Source of the DNA: an uncultured archaeon
GTDB taxonomy: Archaea > Asgardarchaeota > Lokiarchaeia > Sigyniarchaeales > SOKP01
NCBI GenBank assembly: GCA_964486045.1
Contig: CAZALK010000001.1
Coordinates: 808,242 to 872,241, forward strand
DNA: 64,000 nucleotides
Reading direction: 5' to 3'
Below are positions 20,453 through 31,642 of the stretch, piece by piece (position 1 is the first letter of the stretch; each line of letters begins with the position of its first letter). Below the pieces are notes generated by a model. It made no database searches, was not told the origin of the DNA, and saw only the letters and a list, made by a program, of their open reading frames with translations. A program made the position numbers and the translations under genes.

Positions 20453-22123
20453 ATGACTCTTGAAAATCCAAGTTTAAAGAATTCGAAAATCGATAGGATT
20501 GAAGACTTTCGTGCTAAGGAACACAAAGTTCCAAAAGGAAAAGAAAACCTAACGTCAATCGTTATCCCTCTTTATAATGAACAAAATTCAATTAAGGATT
20601 TAATTGACAGAATACCAAACCACAATTTATATGAAATTATTATAATTGATGATGGATCTACTGATAATAGTGTTGAAAGAATAAAAGAAATTACCAATAG
20701 AGAAATTAAAATCATTCACCATAAAAAAAATCAAGGTTATGGTGCAGCATTATTGACTGGTTTTAGACATGCCACTGGAGATATCATTGTCACAATGGAT
20801 TCAGATGGACAACATAATCCTGAAGAAATTCCTTATTTAATTAAACCAATTATCAGAGATAAAGCTGATTTTGTTGTTGGATCCAGATATCTAGGTAAAT
20901 GGTATTATAAAAATCCTCTCTATGCTCGTGTAGGTGCATATTTTATAAAAGTATTCTTTAGAATGATCTTTCTTCAAAGAGTACATGATAACCAAAGTGG
21001 TTTTAGAGCTTTTAAGAAAGATATCACTAAAATTTTAGGGAATATGCGGTATACAGGAATGGGTTTTTCCACTGAATTATTATTTAAAGCCGCATCTAAT
21101 CATTTAAAGATTGTTGAAACTAAAGTTTCTGCCAATCCCCGACAATATGGTATATCTAATGTAAATCTTATAAAGATTCTCAAATCTGCCTCTTTTTGTA
21201 TCCTTTATTATTTCTTAAGAAAAATGGAAATAGATCTAAATCGGTTTTTTCTAAAAAAAATTATTTATTACTTTTACAGCAAAATTAAAAGAAAATCAAT
21301 CTATCTCCAAAAAATGACTCTCGAAGATCTAATTTTACAGAAACCTCAAAACACCATTTTAGAAAAAAAGTTGATTGAAATAGGAAATGGATTGATCCTA
21401 AAAGAAGTTCCTAAAGAAAGGGAAATATTGGATTTAGGAAAAAAATTTGTTAAAATCATTATTACTATCCCCGCTTATAATGAAGAAAAGTCAATAGCGA
21501 AAGTGCTTCAAGAAATAAATTTAGTTATGGAAAGAACTAAATGGTTCTATCAGATGTTAGTAATTGATGATGGGAGTACAGATAACACAAAAGAAATAGC
21601 TATTAAAAATGGAGCAACAGTAATATCTAATAAAATTAATTTAGGTCTAGCAAATACATTCCGAAGAGAAATGGAAATTTGTAAAAATTTAAACGCAGAC
21701 ATTATTGTTCATACAGATGGAGATGGACAATATCCTCCTAAACACATTCCAAAGATGATTGAAAGTGTTCTCGATGGGAACGATTTGGTGTTAGGTTCAC
21801 GATTTGGAAACGGTATCTACGACGGAACCATCGGCAGAAAACTCGGAAATCTTTTTTTCGCAAAAGTTTTTTGCTTACTATTTAGAAAAAATATCAATGA
21901 TACCACAACAGGTTTTAGAGCGTTCACTAAGGAGATTGCCCAGTTACCCATTAAAAGTAAATTCACGTATACTCAAGAGCAATTGATACGAGCAATTAGA
22001 AGTAGGAAATCGGTTAAAGAAATCCCTATACAAGCCAGAAAAACAAGGAAAAGTAGATTATTTGGTAATATCCTTGAATATTTTTACAGAGCAGCAATTA
22101 CTATTATAAAAATATTTATTTGA
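20453..22123 (+). CDS. Double GT2 glycosyltransferase (two DPM1-like domains fused)
   Basis: Two full motif sets: IPLYNE/DDGSTD/MDSDGQH/GFRAF and IPAYNEE/DDGSTD/TDGDGQY/TTGFRAF. Confidence 0.9.
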   Translation: MTLENPSLKNSKIDRIEDFRAKEHKVPKGKENLTSIVIPLYNEQNSIKDLIDRIPNHNLYEIIIIDDGSTDNSVERIKEITNREIKIIHHKKNQGYGAALLTGFRHATGDIIVTMDSDGQHNPEEIPYLIKPIIRDKADFVVGSRYLGKWYYKNPLYARVGAYFIKVFFRMIFLQRVHDNQSGFRAFKKDITKILGNMRYTGMGFSTELLFKAASNHLKIVETKVSANPRQYGISNVNLIKILKSASFCILYYFLRKMEIDLNRFFLKKIIYYFYSKIKRKSIYLQKMTLEDLILQKPQNTILEKKLIEIGNGLILKEVPKEREILDLGKKFVKIIITIPAYNEEKSIAKVLQEINLVMERTKWFYQMLVIDDGSTDNTKEIAIKNGATVISNKINLGLANTFRREMEICKNLNADIIVHTDGDGQYPPKHIPKMIESVLDGNDLVLGSRFGNGIYDGTIGRKLGNLFFAKVFCLLFRKNINDTTTGFRAFTKEIAQLPIKSKFTYTQEQLIRAIRSRKSVKEIPIQARKTRKSRLFGNILEYFYRAAITIIKIFI

Positions 22124-22531
22124 ACGACTTTTCTAATACAAATTTTCTGAAATTAATTCTATTCTGAATCGATTTGACCATATATAAACTTTATATCTTA
22201 CTATTCTCTATTCCTTAAAATAGGTCTAGCTGATTTATTACAATTAAAAATTGCTGATATCATAAAAAAAAATCGTCAAGATTCATTTATAAAAAAATTA
22301 GAAATGAATTACTAGGCACTACTGAAATTATTATGAAATCAAGAAAAATGGATTTAAATAATTCTTAGGACTATAATTCTTTCAATAAGTTAAGAAATGA
22401 TTCACAATTTCCTTATTTCTATTCATTCTATTTTATCAATATTAAAAGAGATTTTTTTAACGATCAAAAATATCAAAAAGTCTAATTTTTAAAATTGCTT
22501 AACTTTACTTAAAGTAAACAAATTAATATAG

Positions 22532-23083
22532 TTGTTAATATTGGCAGCATTAAGTAGATATTTGACAAGGATAAGAGAAAATAAAGTTAGACCATATATA
22601 AAAGGAAAAGTTTTAGATATTGGATGTGGTGATGCTAAAGCAATTAATTATAAGGCGGTAACTAGATATTTCGGAGTAGATTTAGAATATAAATGTAAAG
22701 GATTAACCAAAAAGTATCCGTTGGGAGAGTTTTATTCAAAAAATTTAGAAAATGATAAAATTAATCTGCCTGAGAATGTGGATTTAGTTCTTATGACAGC
22801 ATTTATAGAACACATAAGGAACTATGAAAATCCAATAAGGCAATCAATCAATAACTTAAAGAGTGGCGGAAGGATTGTGATAACAACCCCCACTAAATTT
22901 GGAAATTTTATTCATTTCTGTGGTGAGATATTTGGTTTGTTTCCAAAATCTGTAAGAGATAGTCATAAAATAATTTTATCAAAAAGTGATTTTATAAAAA
23001 TAGGACAAAAATACAATTTAAAATTAAAAATATACAAAAAATTTGAATTGTTTTGTAATCATCTAGTGATTTTTGAAAAATGA
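22532..23083 (+). CDS. Class I SAM-dependent methyltransferase
   Basis: VLDIGCG, AFIEH, LKSGGRIVITTP. Confidence 0.88.
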   Translation: MLILAALSRYLTRIRENKVRPYIKGKVLDIGCGDAKAINYKAVTRYFGVDLEYKCKGLTKKYPLGEFYSKNLENDKINLPENVDLVLMTAFIEHIRNYENPIRQSINNLKSGGRIVITTPTKFGNFIHFCGEIFGLFPKSVRDSHKIILSKSDFIKIGQKYNLKLKIYKKFELFCNHLVIFEK

Positions 23084-23274
23084 ATACAGTTGACTCTTAT
23101 ATTACATATCCTGAGAATGTAATCACACACAATGTTTATTAATAATGAAGATATTTTAATTTGTCAGTTGAAACCTCGAAAATGAAAGTTTTAAGTATGT
23201 GCCTTAATTAAAAAAAAGAAGACAAAAAATGACTAAAATTTATCTCGAAAAATAATTATAATCGTGAATAAACA

Positions 23275-24444
23275 ATGAATATTAAAATGATATTATACAA
23301 AGAATTCATTTCAGATACTAGGGTCCAAAGAGAAGCAATCTTTTTAGCTCAAAACGGGTATGAAATTGAAGTAATTAATTGTAAAGGTCCTAAAGACAAT
23401 AAAACGAATATAAATAATAATAGACGAATAAAAAATAGTGAAATCATTGAAGTTCAACCAAGAAAACGTGAAACAGTAAAATCACTGTTAAAATTTTGGA
23501 TTTTAGCTTTTTATCATTTAATTAAAGGGGAAAAAACCCCAAATATAATACATGCTCACGATTTAACAGGACTTCCACCAGCAGTTTTATACAAAATATT
23601 ATATCCAAAAGTCAAATTAATTTATGACTCACATGAACTTTTCCCAGAAGCGGCTAAAGAGAAATTAAATAAATTCTATTGGTTATGTTTTCTGTTATTA
23701 GAATATATTTGTAGTAAATTTATTACAATTCTGATCGGTGCAAGTCCATTACAACTTAAAATTCTAAAAAGAAGAATTAATAAACCTCAATTTTGTATTT
23801 TGAATGTACCCGATTTAGATATAGTTAAAAAAGAACTTGATTATGAAAATCTTAAAATTCATCCTTTAAATACTAATAATGAAAAAATTATTAAGATAGT
23901 CTATTCTGGAGGAGTTTATAAGCTTAGAGGATATGATGAATTTGTTTTATCGGCAGTTAAAATATTTGAAAAAAATGCTAATTTTGAATTTTGGATAGTT
24001 GGTGATGGCATTTACTTAAACAATGTAAAAGAGATGGTAAAGAAGCACAAACTAACTGATCATTTTATCTTCACGGGAGCAGTTTCATATGTTGAGCTAT
24101 TAAAACTAACCTATAATTGTGATATCGCTGTTGGGCTTTATCAAAATACGATAAATAATAATATAATGATTTCAAACAAAATATTTGAGTACATGTTAGT
24201 TGGGATACCGTTTATATTTACCAGCTTAAAGTCATCAAAACCGTTTATAGATAAAGTGAATGCGGTTAAAATTGACTTTCCTCTTGACCCCGAAATAATT
24301 GCAGATAAGATCTTATACCTATCGGATAATAAAAAGCTACAGCATGAAATATCTATAAAAAGCAGAAATTTAATTAAAGAAAAATTAAACTGGAAAAATG
24401 AATCAACCGAATTAGTTAAAGCATATTTAGAAGCTTTAAAATAA
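23275..24444 (+). CDS. GT4 glycosyltransferase
   Basis: DTRVQREA, IHAHD, IYDSHE, VGDG, SNKIFEYM. Confidence 0.92.
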   Translation: MNIKMILYKEFISDTRVQREAIFLAQNGYEIEVINCKGPKDNKTNINNNRRIKNSEIIEVQPRKRETVKSLLKFWILAFYHLIKGEKTPNIIHAHDLTGLPPAVLYKILYPKVKLIYDSHELFPEAAKEKLNKFYWLCFLLLEYICSKFITILIGASPLQLKILKRRINKPQFCILNVPDLDIVKKELDYENLKIHPLNTNNEKIIKIVYSGGVYKLRGYDEFVLSAVKIFEKNANFEFWIVGDGIYLNNVKEMVKKHKLTDHFIFTGAVSYVELLKLTYNCDIAVGLYQNTINNNIMISNKIFEYMLVGIPFIFTSLKSSKPFIDKVNAVKIDFPLDPEIIADKILYLSDNKKLQHEISIKSRNLIKEKLNWKNESTELVKAYLEALK

Positions 24445-24639
24445 TATTTAAAAAGATAGAGTGGTATTAAAAAATATTTACTCATAAATTTAGTAATCAA
24501 GGAGTTTTCCTAATATAATTTACAATTATATCACAGGAAAAATATTAAAATTTATAGTTTCTTATATAATGATCTTTAATATTCGATTTTTTCCTTAATA
24601 AAAACTAAAATTTAAACCTAAGAAATTTATCAAATATAT

Positions 24640-25338
24640 ATGTTAAATCTACTAAGAAGAAGCTATGTTTTTATCCAAAAATTAGTAAGTTTGCTTGGGT
24701 TTGACATAATAATAAACAGAGTTATTTCCAACCCAAATTTAGAACACCAGGTGAGTTTACACCAAAAAAATATTAAAAATCTCTGTGTAGTACTTAATAG
24801 AGAGAATATGCTAAAAAGTTTTCCTAAAAACGGTATTATTGCCGAACTAGGCGTTGATAAAGGAGATTTTTCATATAAAATTATTTCTTTAACTCAGCCA
24901 AAAAAACTATACTTGATAGATAAATGGGACTCGAAAGGATACAATAAGGATAAAATGAATTATGTTAGAAAAAGATTTCAAAAAGAAATAAATGCTGGAA
25001 TAGTTACTATAATAAGAGGAACATCCGAGAAAGAATTAAAGAAATTCAAGAATGGATATTTTGACTGGGTATATATCGATACATCTCATTCTTACAGCCA
25101 AACAATGGAAGAACTGGAATTATCTCGAATAAAAGTAAAAAATGGTGGAATAATTGCTGGTCACGATTATTGTCAGGGAAGTATTAAATACGTCCTAGCA
25201 TATGGCGTGGTGCAAGCTGTGAATCAATTTTGTATAAAATATGATTGGGAATTTATTTATCTAACTCATGAAACTCACAGATTTTTAAGTTTCGCGATAA
25301 GAAAAATATTGTATATTAAAGAATTTGAAAATTTTTAA
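24640..25338 (+). CDS. Class I SAM-dependent methyltransferase (Methyltransf_24-like)
   Basis: AELGVDKGDFS, FDWVYIDTSHSY, VKNGGIIAGHDY, YGVVQAV. Confidence 0.88.
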   Translation: MLNLLRRSYVFIQKLVSLLGFDIIINRVISNPNLEHQVSLHQKNIKNLCVVLNRENMLKSFPKNGIIAELGVDKGDFSYKIISLTQPKKLYLIDKWDSKGYNKDKMNYVRKRFQKEINAGIVTIIRGTSEKELKKFKNGYFDWVYIDTSHSYSQTMEELELSRIKVKNGGIIAGHDYCQGSIKYVLAYGVVQAVNQFCIKYDWEFIYLTHETHRFLSFAIRKILYIKEFENF

Positions 25339-25370
25339 TATATTCGACATTTTAATTTATTAAAATAACC

Positions 25371-25463
25371 TTAATAAAGCAGATCTCCGCAAAATAGACA
25401 GTTTTTATCCTCTAAATCAAGCTTTACCTCTTTCTTAACCCGTTCAGGAATTTTTTTGATTTG
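25371..25463 (-). pseudogene. Possible tiny transposase zinc-finger remnant (IS66/ISL3-like)
   Basis: The minus strand reads QIKKIPERVKKEVKLDLEDKNCLFCGDLLY*, a CxxC preceded by a linker similar to that of IS66 TnpC; very short. Confidence 0.35.
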
Positions 25464-25519
25464 GTATTAAAAATAATATTAATATTTTTATTAACTATCA
25501 AAATATCCTTCGATTTAGG

Positions 25520-25812
25520 ACATCCCACTTATCATCTTGCCTAAATCCGTTCCTACAACTAAAAGAGATTAGATGTTAAACAGAACGATTGAGGTACGAA
25601 GGAAAGATAAATAAAGATTACATTAAAGTTTAAATGAGACTATGTATTGCTAAGTTTAAAACTTAAGTTAATAACAACAAAATATTTAGTGATAATTATG
25701 CATATTTGCCTTTTTATATCTCAAACTCATCCAATTAAGAAAATAAATTTGAATGTTGGAGATATTGCTAATCAAATCTTAAAACTCTTACCTTCATATG
25801 AAAAAATTAAAG
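25520..25812 (+). pseudogene. Duplicated promoter plus first ~38 codons of the GT4 at 29919, truncated at the transposase junction
   Basis: Aligns with 29752..30042 (MHICLFISQTHP..NVG..NQIL.LLPSYEKIK); similarity stops abruptly at 25812. Confidence 0.9.
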
Positions 25813-27152
25813 TTCTTTGGTCGAAAGCCCTTTGAGTAAAATCCGCTCTCCCACGAGGGGCGTTAAGCTCCCTAAGATGCTTTTTTTCTCATCGACCGGT
25901 AAGCTTGAACTTCGTTTTTGCGAGATCGAGCAAAGCTTATCTCTTTTCTTCAACTTAAGATCTCTCGAAGCTGCCTTTAACGCCTTCTTCGTGAATTTCC
26001 GTAGTTCGATCCCCTTCTCCTTGAGCTCCTTTAGCAAGACCGAGTTTTTTGGATTGATATCCACGATTGGCACGGCATTCATGGATTCAACCTGGGAGAG
26101 CACAGACAAGTCCGAATAAGCGGCATCTGCGACCACGTACCAAAGATCTTCCCCCGAACGATTGACAAGGTTTTTTACGGGTATGATCGTATCGGAAAAC
26201 ATCTTAAGGTCGGAGCGGTGTCCCGTGTCAAGCTCACAATGGAGGGGAAAGCAGCGTGCATCGCATGCAATGGAAGATTTATGCCCGAAAAAAGTGCCCC
26301 GACTCCCGGTGCCGATGGAGCCGGTCTTATATTGATTATTCATAGGTACATTCGTGCTATCCACCGATACCACGCTTAAATCGAACATCTCTAAATGGGC
26401 GAGTTTATCATTTAATATTTCATCAATATCGACTGCCATGCGTTCCAAGTCTCGGAAGGCGGCATAAAAGGCGTTTTGGCCAGGGGATCCGCCAAAAAAA
26501 CCGAGCTTACCAGCTAACGGGAAAGTCATCGTCCCGTTAAATGAGGGTGTCTTTAGATCACCGACCAATTCGGCGGTACCTGAAATACGCTTGGCGCGCA
26601 GGTACATTTTTGTGTTAAAAAAGGGGATTAAAATGCCTCGTTCCTCCACAGTAAGGTCAGGGAACAGCTTGCTCGATGCTACCAGTCCGATAAAGCATTC
26701 TGGAGTGGGAGTCATCGCACATCGCTTGGAACGATATTCTGCAGCAAAAGCGTCCCTAACTTGATTTCCAACGGTCGTGTAAAAGCCATCTTGAACACGC
26801 CCCGTAAGGCCTATCAACTTGTTTTTACACACCTCATAGATTTGACCCATCCGTTTATCTGCAGTACTTCCCGCTGGGAACTTCTTGTCCATTCGTTCAA
26901 CGTAATCCCTTATCTTTTCGGCATTTCTAGATGCTAAGAGCGAAGAAACACCTGATTTCGTTAGTCCAAATACTATTTGGAAAACAGTCATTAAAGCAAA
27001 CTGCAGTATCCGATCGGGCGTCATTATCGTTCCTGATTTATTTTGATACTAATTGATAATTCACGTGCTTGATCTTGAATCCCTTTAAATTCATTTATGA
27101 TGATATCTTGATAATAATCATCGATATAGGGAAACTTTACTATTGATGGCAT
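25807..27152 (-). mobile_element. Degraded IS4/IS5-superfamily DDE transposase (5' frameshift, 3' truncation)
   Basis: Much higher GC than the flanks. VSVDST, FFGHK and VVADAAY supply the first two acidic residues, but no YxxRxxxE-type third motif appears before the ORF runs into the GT4 duplicate. An out-of-frame upstream segment begins at ATG 27152 (MPSIVKFPYIDDYY...). Confidence 0.75.
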
Positions 27153-27249
27153 GAATAATTAAATAAATGAACCAATTTAAGTTTAATATCTCCTAATTTT
27201 AAAGAAATATTTATAGAAAGCGTAAATTTATGAAAAAAAACTCTAAATT

Positions 27250-27453
27250 TTAACTCGAAAACTTTCTTGGGAAATCTTTATAAGAAATAAAAAATTTGAA
27301 AGGAAATATCGCGATTGTTGCTATAATTAATAACCTGAACTTTTTACTTGGAGGAGAAATTATTGGAAATAACAACAATCCTATTATAAAAAATAACGCG
27401 ACAAAACCTAATCGAGCTCCAAATATAAAAAGAAATCCAAAAAAATAAACCAC
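27250..27453 (-). pseudogene. Possible 5' remnant of a membrane-protein gene downstream of asnB, cut off near the IS
   Basis: Short hydrophobic ORF directly after the asnB stop and just before the IS region; no recognisable motif. Confidence 0.3.
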
Positions 27454-27470
27454 CGAATATCAAAATAACT

Positions 27471-29387
27471 TTATTCTATTCGCTGAATCTTTTGATTAAA
27501 AAACAATTTAAGCCACACATTTAAACAAATTAATTTAAAGATTAAATTTGTATTATTATTGAATTTCGTTTTCTTATTTAGTTTTTTTTGAATTTTTTCA
27601 AGATTAAACAATTTAAATAAATAAGGATGAGGTTTTGAAATTAATTCTTTAACAAATTTATTCTTTTTATGATTAATCCAATATTTATCTGGAGCGGCGA
27701 ATCCTATTTTATCGGTTCGAAATAAGTTCATTTTAGGGACATCACTTATCATTGCATGTCTTAAAGCCCATTTATTAATTCCTCTATTGATTTTTAAATT
27801 GCTTTTTGTTGCAAGAACATAAACCACTAAATTATGATCTAAAAAAGGTGTCCTATTCTCAATAGAGAAAGCCATTGCGTTTCTATCTTCCCATCTTAAC
27901 AAATGTTGTAATTTATTTTTTATGTGTGATAGTAAAGCCTTATTTAAATCCTTATTATCATATAATTTTGATTTATAAAAATCAATACTATTTTCTTTAA
28001 TAATATCATTAAAAAATGAAGAGGATAAATATTTTATATTTTTATATAAAAGTTTTTTTTTTAAAAAACTAGGAATAAATTGATATGAAAGTGTTTTTAT
28101 TGCTTCAAAATTCATTCTCTTTAACTGAATAAATAATTCTATTAAAAATCTTTTTATTTTTTTTCCCCTTATTAATTCTGCTAAATAATATCCAAACATA
28201 TAATCATAACCCGCAAATATCTCATCGGCCCCTTGTCCATCTAATAATACTTTTTGATTGTTAGTTTTCGCCAATTTCATAACTTCAAATTGTGTGTATG
28301 GTGAAAAAGATGGTACTGGTTCTTCTTGATGATATATAAAAGTATTAAAATTTTTTATTACATCACTTATACTTGGAGATTTTTTTATTCCTTTTACATT
28401 TTGAAATGAATTTACTATATTGTCTACATATTTGGTTTCATCTAATTCAAACCATTCTCCATATAGTATAGAATAAGTTCTAAATATGGAATTTGTATTT
28501 ATCAATAATTTACTCGCTATCGATACTATACTTGAAGAGTCTAGCCCTCCACTTAAACAAGATCCTACCTCTACATCACTTCTCAATCTTAATTTGATAG
28601 AATGTTCTATTATATTTTTAATTTGTTTCACATGTTCATTTATAGTTCTCTTCTTGAATTTACTAGAAATTCTGAACTTCTTAATTTCTGAATTACTATT
28701 CCACCATTTTATAAATTTTAAATTATTATCTAAAGGTTTTTTATTATTAATTTTAAGAAAATGACCTGCTGGAAACCGTCTAATTTCTTTAAAAAATGTT
28801 GAATCTGAATGATCAACTCTATCAAGAGAAACATAATCAAAAATAATTGATTTATTAGGAGAATAGTTTTGAATAATCTTAAGAATAGGTTTTATTTCTG
28901 AACAAAAGATTAAATTATTCTTATATTTGGCATAATACAATGGTTTTATACCAAAACGATCTCTAGCAATAAAAATTTCTGATTTTTTTTTATCATAAAT
29001 AATGAAACTAAACATGCCATTAGTTAATTCTAGTATTTTAGATCCATATTTTATATATCCTAATAATAATATCTCAGTATCCGAATTCGATTGAAAAGAC
29101 AAATTGTTAAAATCGTGAAGTAATTTATTTCTAATTTCAATATAGTTATAGATTTCACCATTAAGGATGATTACATAATTACCATCTATAGAACACATAG
29201 GCTGATTACCTGCTTCTGATAAATCAATAATAGATAATCTTTTATGTCCTAACATAATTTTATCTTCTAAGAATAATCCTTGAGCATCTGGACCACGATG
29301 GTTTAATTCATCCAAGATATCTTGGAATTGCTCTTTTTTAATACCATCTTTTCCAGAATTTAAGATATAAGCAAGAATTCCACACAT
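27471..29387 (-). CDS. asnB: Asparagine synthase (glutamine-hydrolysing) family amidotransferase, probably glycan amidation
   Basis: MCGI, HRGPDAQG, LGHKRLSIIDLS..GNQPM, NGEIYNY, RDRFGIKPLYY, LSGGLDSS, GQGADE, ENRTPFLD. Confidence 0.95.
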   Translation of the reverse strand: MCGILAYILNSGKDGIKKEQFQDILDELNHRGPDAQGLFLEDKIMLGHKRLSIIDLSEAGNQPMCSIDGNYVIILNGEIYNYIEIRNKLLHDFNNLSFQSNSDTEILLLGYIKYGSKILELTNGMFSFIIYDKKKSEIFIARDRFGIKPLYYAKYKNNLIFCSEIKPILKIIQNYSPNKSIIFDYVSLDRVDHSDSTFFKEIRRFPAGHFLKINNKKPLDNNLKFIKWWNSNSEIKKFRISSKFKKRTINEHVKQIKNIIEHSIKLRLRSDVEVGSCLSGGLDSSSIVSIASKLLINTNSIFRTYSILYGEWFELDETKYVDNIVNSFQNVKGIKKSPSISDVIKNFNTFIYHQEEPVPSFSPYTQFEVMKLAKTNNQKVLLDGQGADEIFAGYDYMFGYYLAELIRGKKIKRFLIELFIQLKRMNFEAIKTLSYQFIPSFLKKKLLYKNIKYLSSSFFNDIIKENSIDFYKSKLYDNKDLNKALLSHIKNKLQHLLRWEDRNAMAFSIENRTPFLDHNLVVYVLATKSNLKINRGINKWALRHAMISDVPKMNLFRTDKIGFAAPDKYWINHKKNKFVKELISKPHPYLFKLFNLEKIQKKLNKKTKFNNNTNLIFKLICLNVWLKLFFNQKIQRIE

Positions 29388-29918
29388 TTTTAGAAAAATC
29401 GTCCTAATTTGGTTAAATTATATCTTTATAAAAATTTAATCACACTTTTAATAATTAATTATATTTATAACGAAATAGATAATAAAGCATTGTATAAGAC
29501 TTCTTCCTTGATATCACGTAAATATCATATCATTAATTAAGAGAATTTTTTGCCCTTAAATTAGAAGTCATTTATTTTGTTATAAAAATAATAAAACTAT
29601 CAATCAATAGAATTTTTTGCAAAAAAATAAATCCAATAAACCCAAATACAAAAACAATTTAGAAAACAGGATAATAAACACTTTATATTTAAGCAAAGGC
29701 TGTATAATTCTCGTTAACACCCTTTTTGTGAATAACTCTCAAAAAAAAAAAACATCCCCTTATAGTCTTGCGTTAATCAGTCCCTACAACTAAAAAAGAT
29801 TAGATGTTAAACAAAAGGATTGAGATCCGAAGAAAAGGCAAATAGAGATTTTATCAAAATTTAAATGAGACGATATATTGCTAATTTTAAAACTTAAGTT
29901 ATAAGAACAAAATAATTA

Positions 29919-31082
29919 GTGATAATTATGCATATTTGCCTTTTTATATCTCAAACTCATCCCAATAAGAACTTATCTTTGAATGTTGGAGGTGTGGAAA
30001 ATCAAATCTTACAACTCTTACCTTCGTATGAAAAAATTAAAGATTTACACATCTCTATTATAACACAATATTCTGAATATGAACCTATTTCAAATAAAGT
30101 TAAAATTTATCAAGTTCATAAATTCGAAAGATATATTCTTGATACGATTTATTTCATAATTAAATCATTTTTCCAAATCCTTAAAATACATAAAAAAAAG
30201 CCAATTAATGTATTGAATACTCATCAACTCTCAATTGTTTTAATATCACCAATCTTAGTTCGAATGCTTTTTAAAATTCCAATATTAATGAAATTACCCC
30301 TTGATTTTAAAAGCATTATAAGGGATTCATCCTATGGAACAGTTAAATTAAAGTTGTATAGATATAGTTGGTTTAAATTTCTTAGAAGATTTGTTTTAAA
30401 GAGGATAGATTTCATAAGATCAATAAATGAGCTGATGGTTAAACAATTAAGAGAAAGGAGTTATCAAATTGAGAGAATCCTAAGAATACCTAATGGAATA
30501 AATAGTAAAGACTTTATTGGCATAGAAAAGGATAAACGAGAGGAAGTTCATTTTGGATATGTTGGAAGATTAATGAAATTTAAAAATTTAAGATTTCTAA
30601 TTAAAGTTTTTCAAGAGTATTTGGCAAAATATCCAAATGATAAATTATACATTTATGGAAGAGGTTCTGAGATAAGTTTCATTCAAGATTTTATTTCCAG
30701 GAATAATTTGGAAAAGAATATAATTCTATGTGGATATAAAAAAGAAAAGGAAAAAATATATAAAAATATTGATGTTTTAATAGATCCAGCATTAGCACAA
30801 GGGATCTCTAATGCAAACCTTGAAGCAATGAGTACAGGAACATTTCTCATTGCATCAAATGTTCAAGGAAATATAGATTTAGTAAAACATAGAATAACTG
30901 GATTATTATTTAATGCTTATAATGAAGAAGATTTATTAAAACAATTATATACATTTAAAAACGATAAAAAACTTGTTCAAGAAGTTATTATTAATGCAAA
31001 AAAAGAAGTTATTACTAATTATGACATTGATGTTGTTACAAATAAAATATATAAATTTCTAAAATCAAGATTATATATTTGA
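29919..31082 (+). CDS. GT4 glycosyltransferase (probable start ATG 29928)
   Basis: VGGVE, IPNGI, YVGRL, QGISNANLEAMSTG. Confidence 0.92.
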   Translation: MIIMHICLFISQTHPNKNLSLNVGGVENQILQLLPSYEKIKDLHISIITQYSEYEPISNKVKIYQVHKFERYILDTIYFIIKSFFQILKIHKKKPINVLNTHQLSIVLISPILVRMLFKIPILMKLPLDFKSIIRDSSYGTVKLKLYRYSWFKFLRRFVLKRIDFIRSINELMVKQLRERSYQIERILRIPNGINSKDFIGIEKDKREEVHFGYVGRLMKFKNLRFLIKVFQEYLAKYPNDKLYIYGRGSEISFIQDFISRNNLEKNIILCGYKKEKEKIYKNIDVLIDPALAQGISNANLEAMSTGTFLIASNVQGNIDLVKHRITGLLFNAYNEEDLLKQLYTFKNDKKLVQEVIINAKKEVITNYDIDVVTNKIYKFLKSRLYI

Positions 31083-31642
31083 AATTATTTTTAAATTTTA
31101 AAGAGAAGTGACAAATTACATAGTAAGAATTTAAATCGTTGATTATTTGAAGAAATCATATTTAATTGCCTTAATGATGATTATTCAAGGCTTTTAGCAG
31201 TTGCCAAAATTTCAAGACTCAAAAGGAATGGAATAAGATTTAGGTTATATATGAGATAACCTTATGGCTTATAGATACCCTAATCAAATTAATTCCGAAA
31301 AAAGAACTCAATTTAGAAATAATATTGGGAAATTATACATGTAGTAAATATATCGACCAATAAACATGAGAAACTACCGCACCGAGACCTTTGTAATCAA
31401 TGATCAGAAAATTTGCATTAAATATACCATATAGACCTTTTGCAATATAATACTTTTATTCCGAAAAGTACTTGATTGAAATTTTTGATAATTTTTATCA
31501 TTTAATGCTAAACAGGGAGAGAGAGAAAAACTGAGTGAATAAATAGTATGAAATTAATTGCTTATTCTATCTACTTAACTTGAATTTTTTTTTTAGTTTC
31601 AAAAGGGGAGAAAATATTGTAATTACATTAAATTAGACAATA

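Noticed and set aside
31083-31640. Long intergenic region between convergent GT4 genes, possible ncRNA or pseudogene
   Set aside because: No convincing ORF, hairpin or homology recognised
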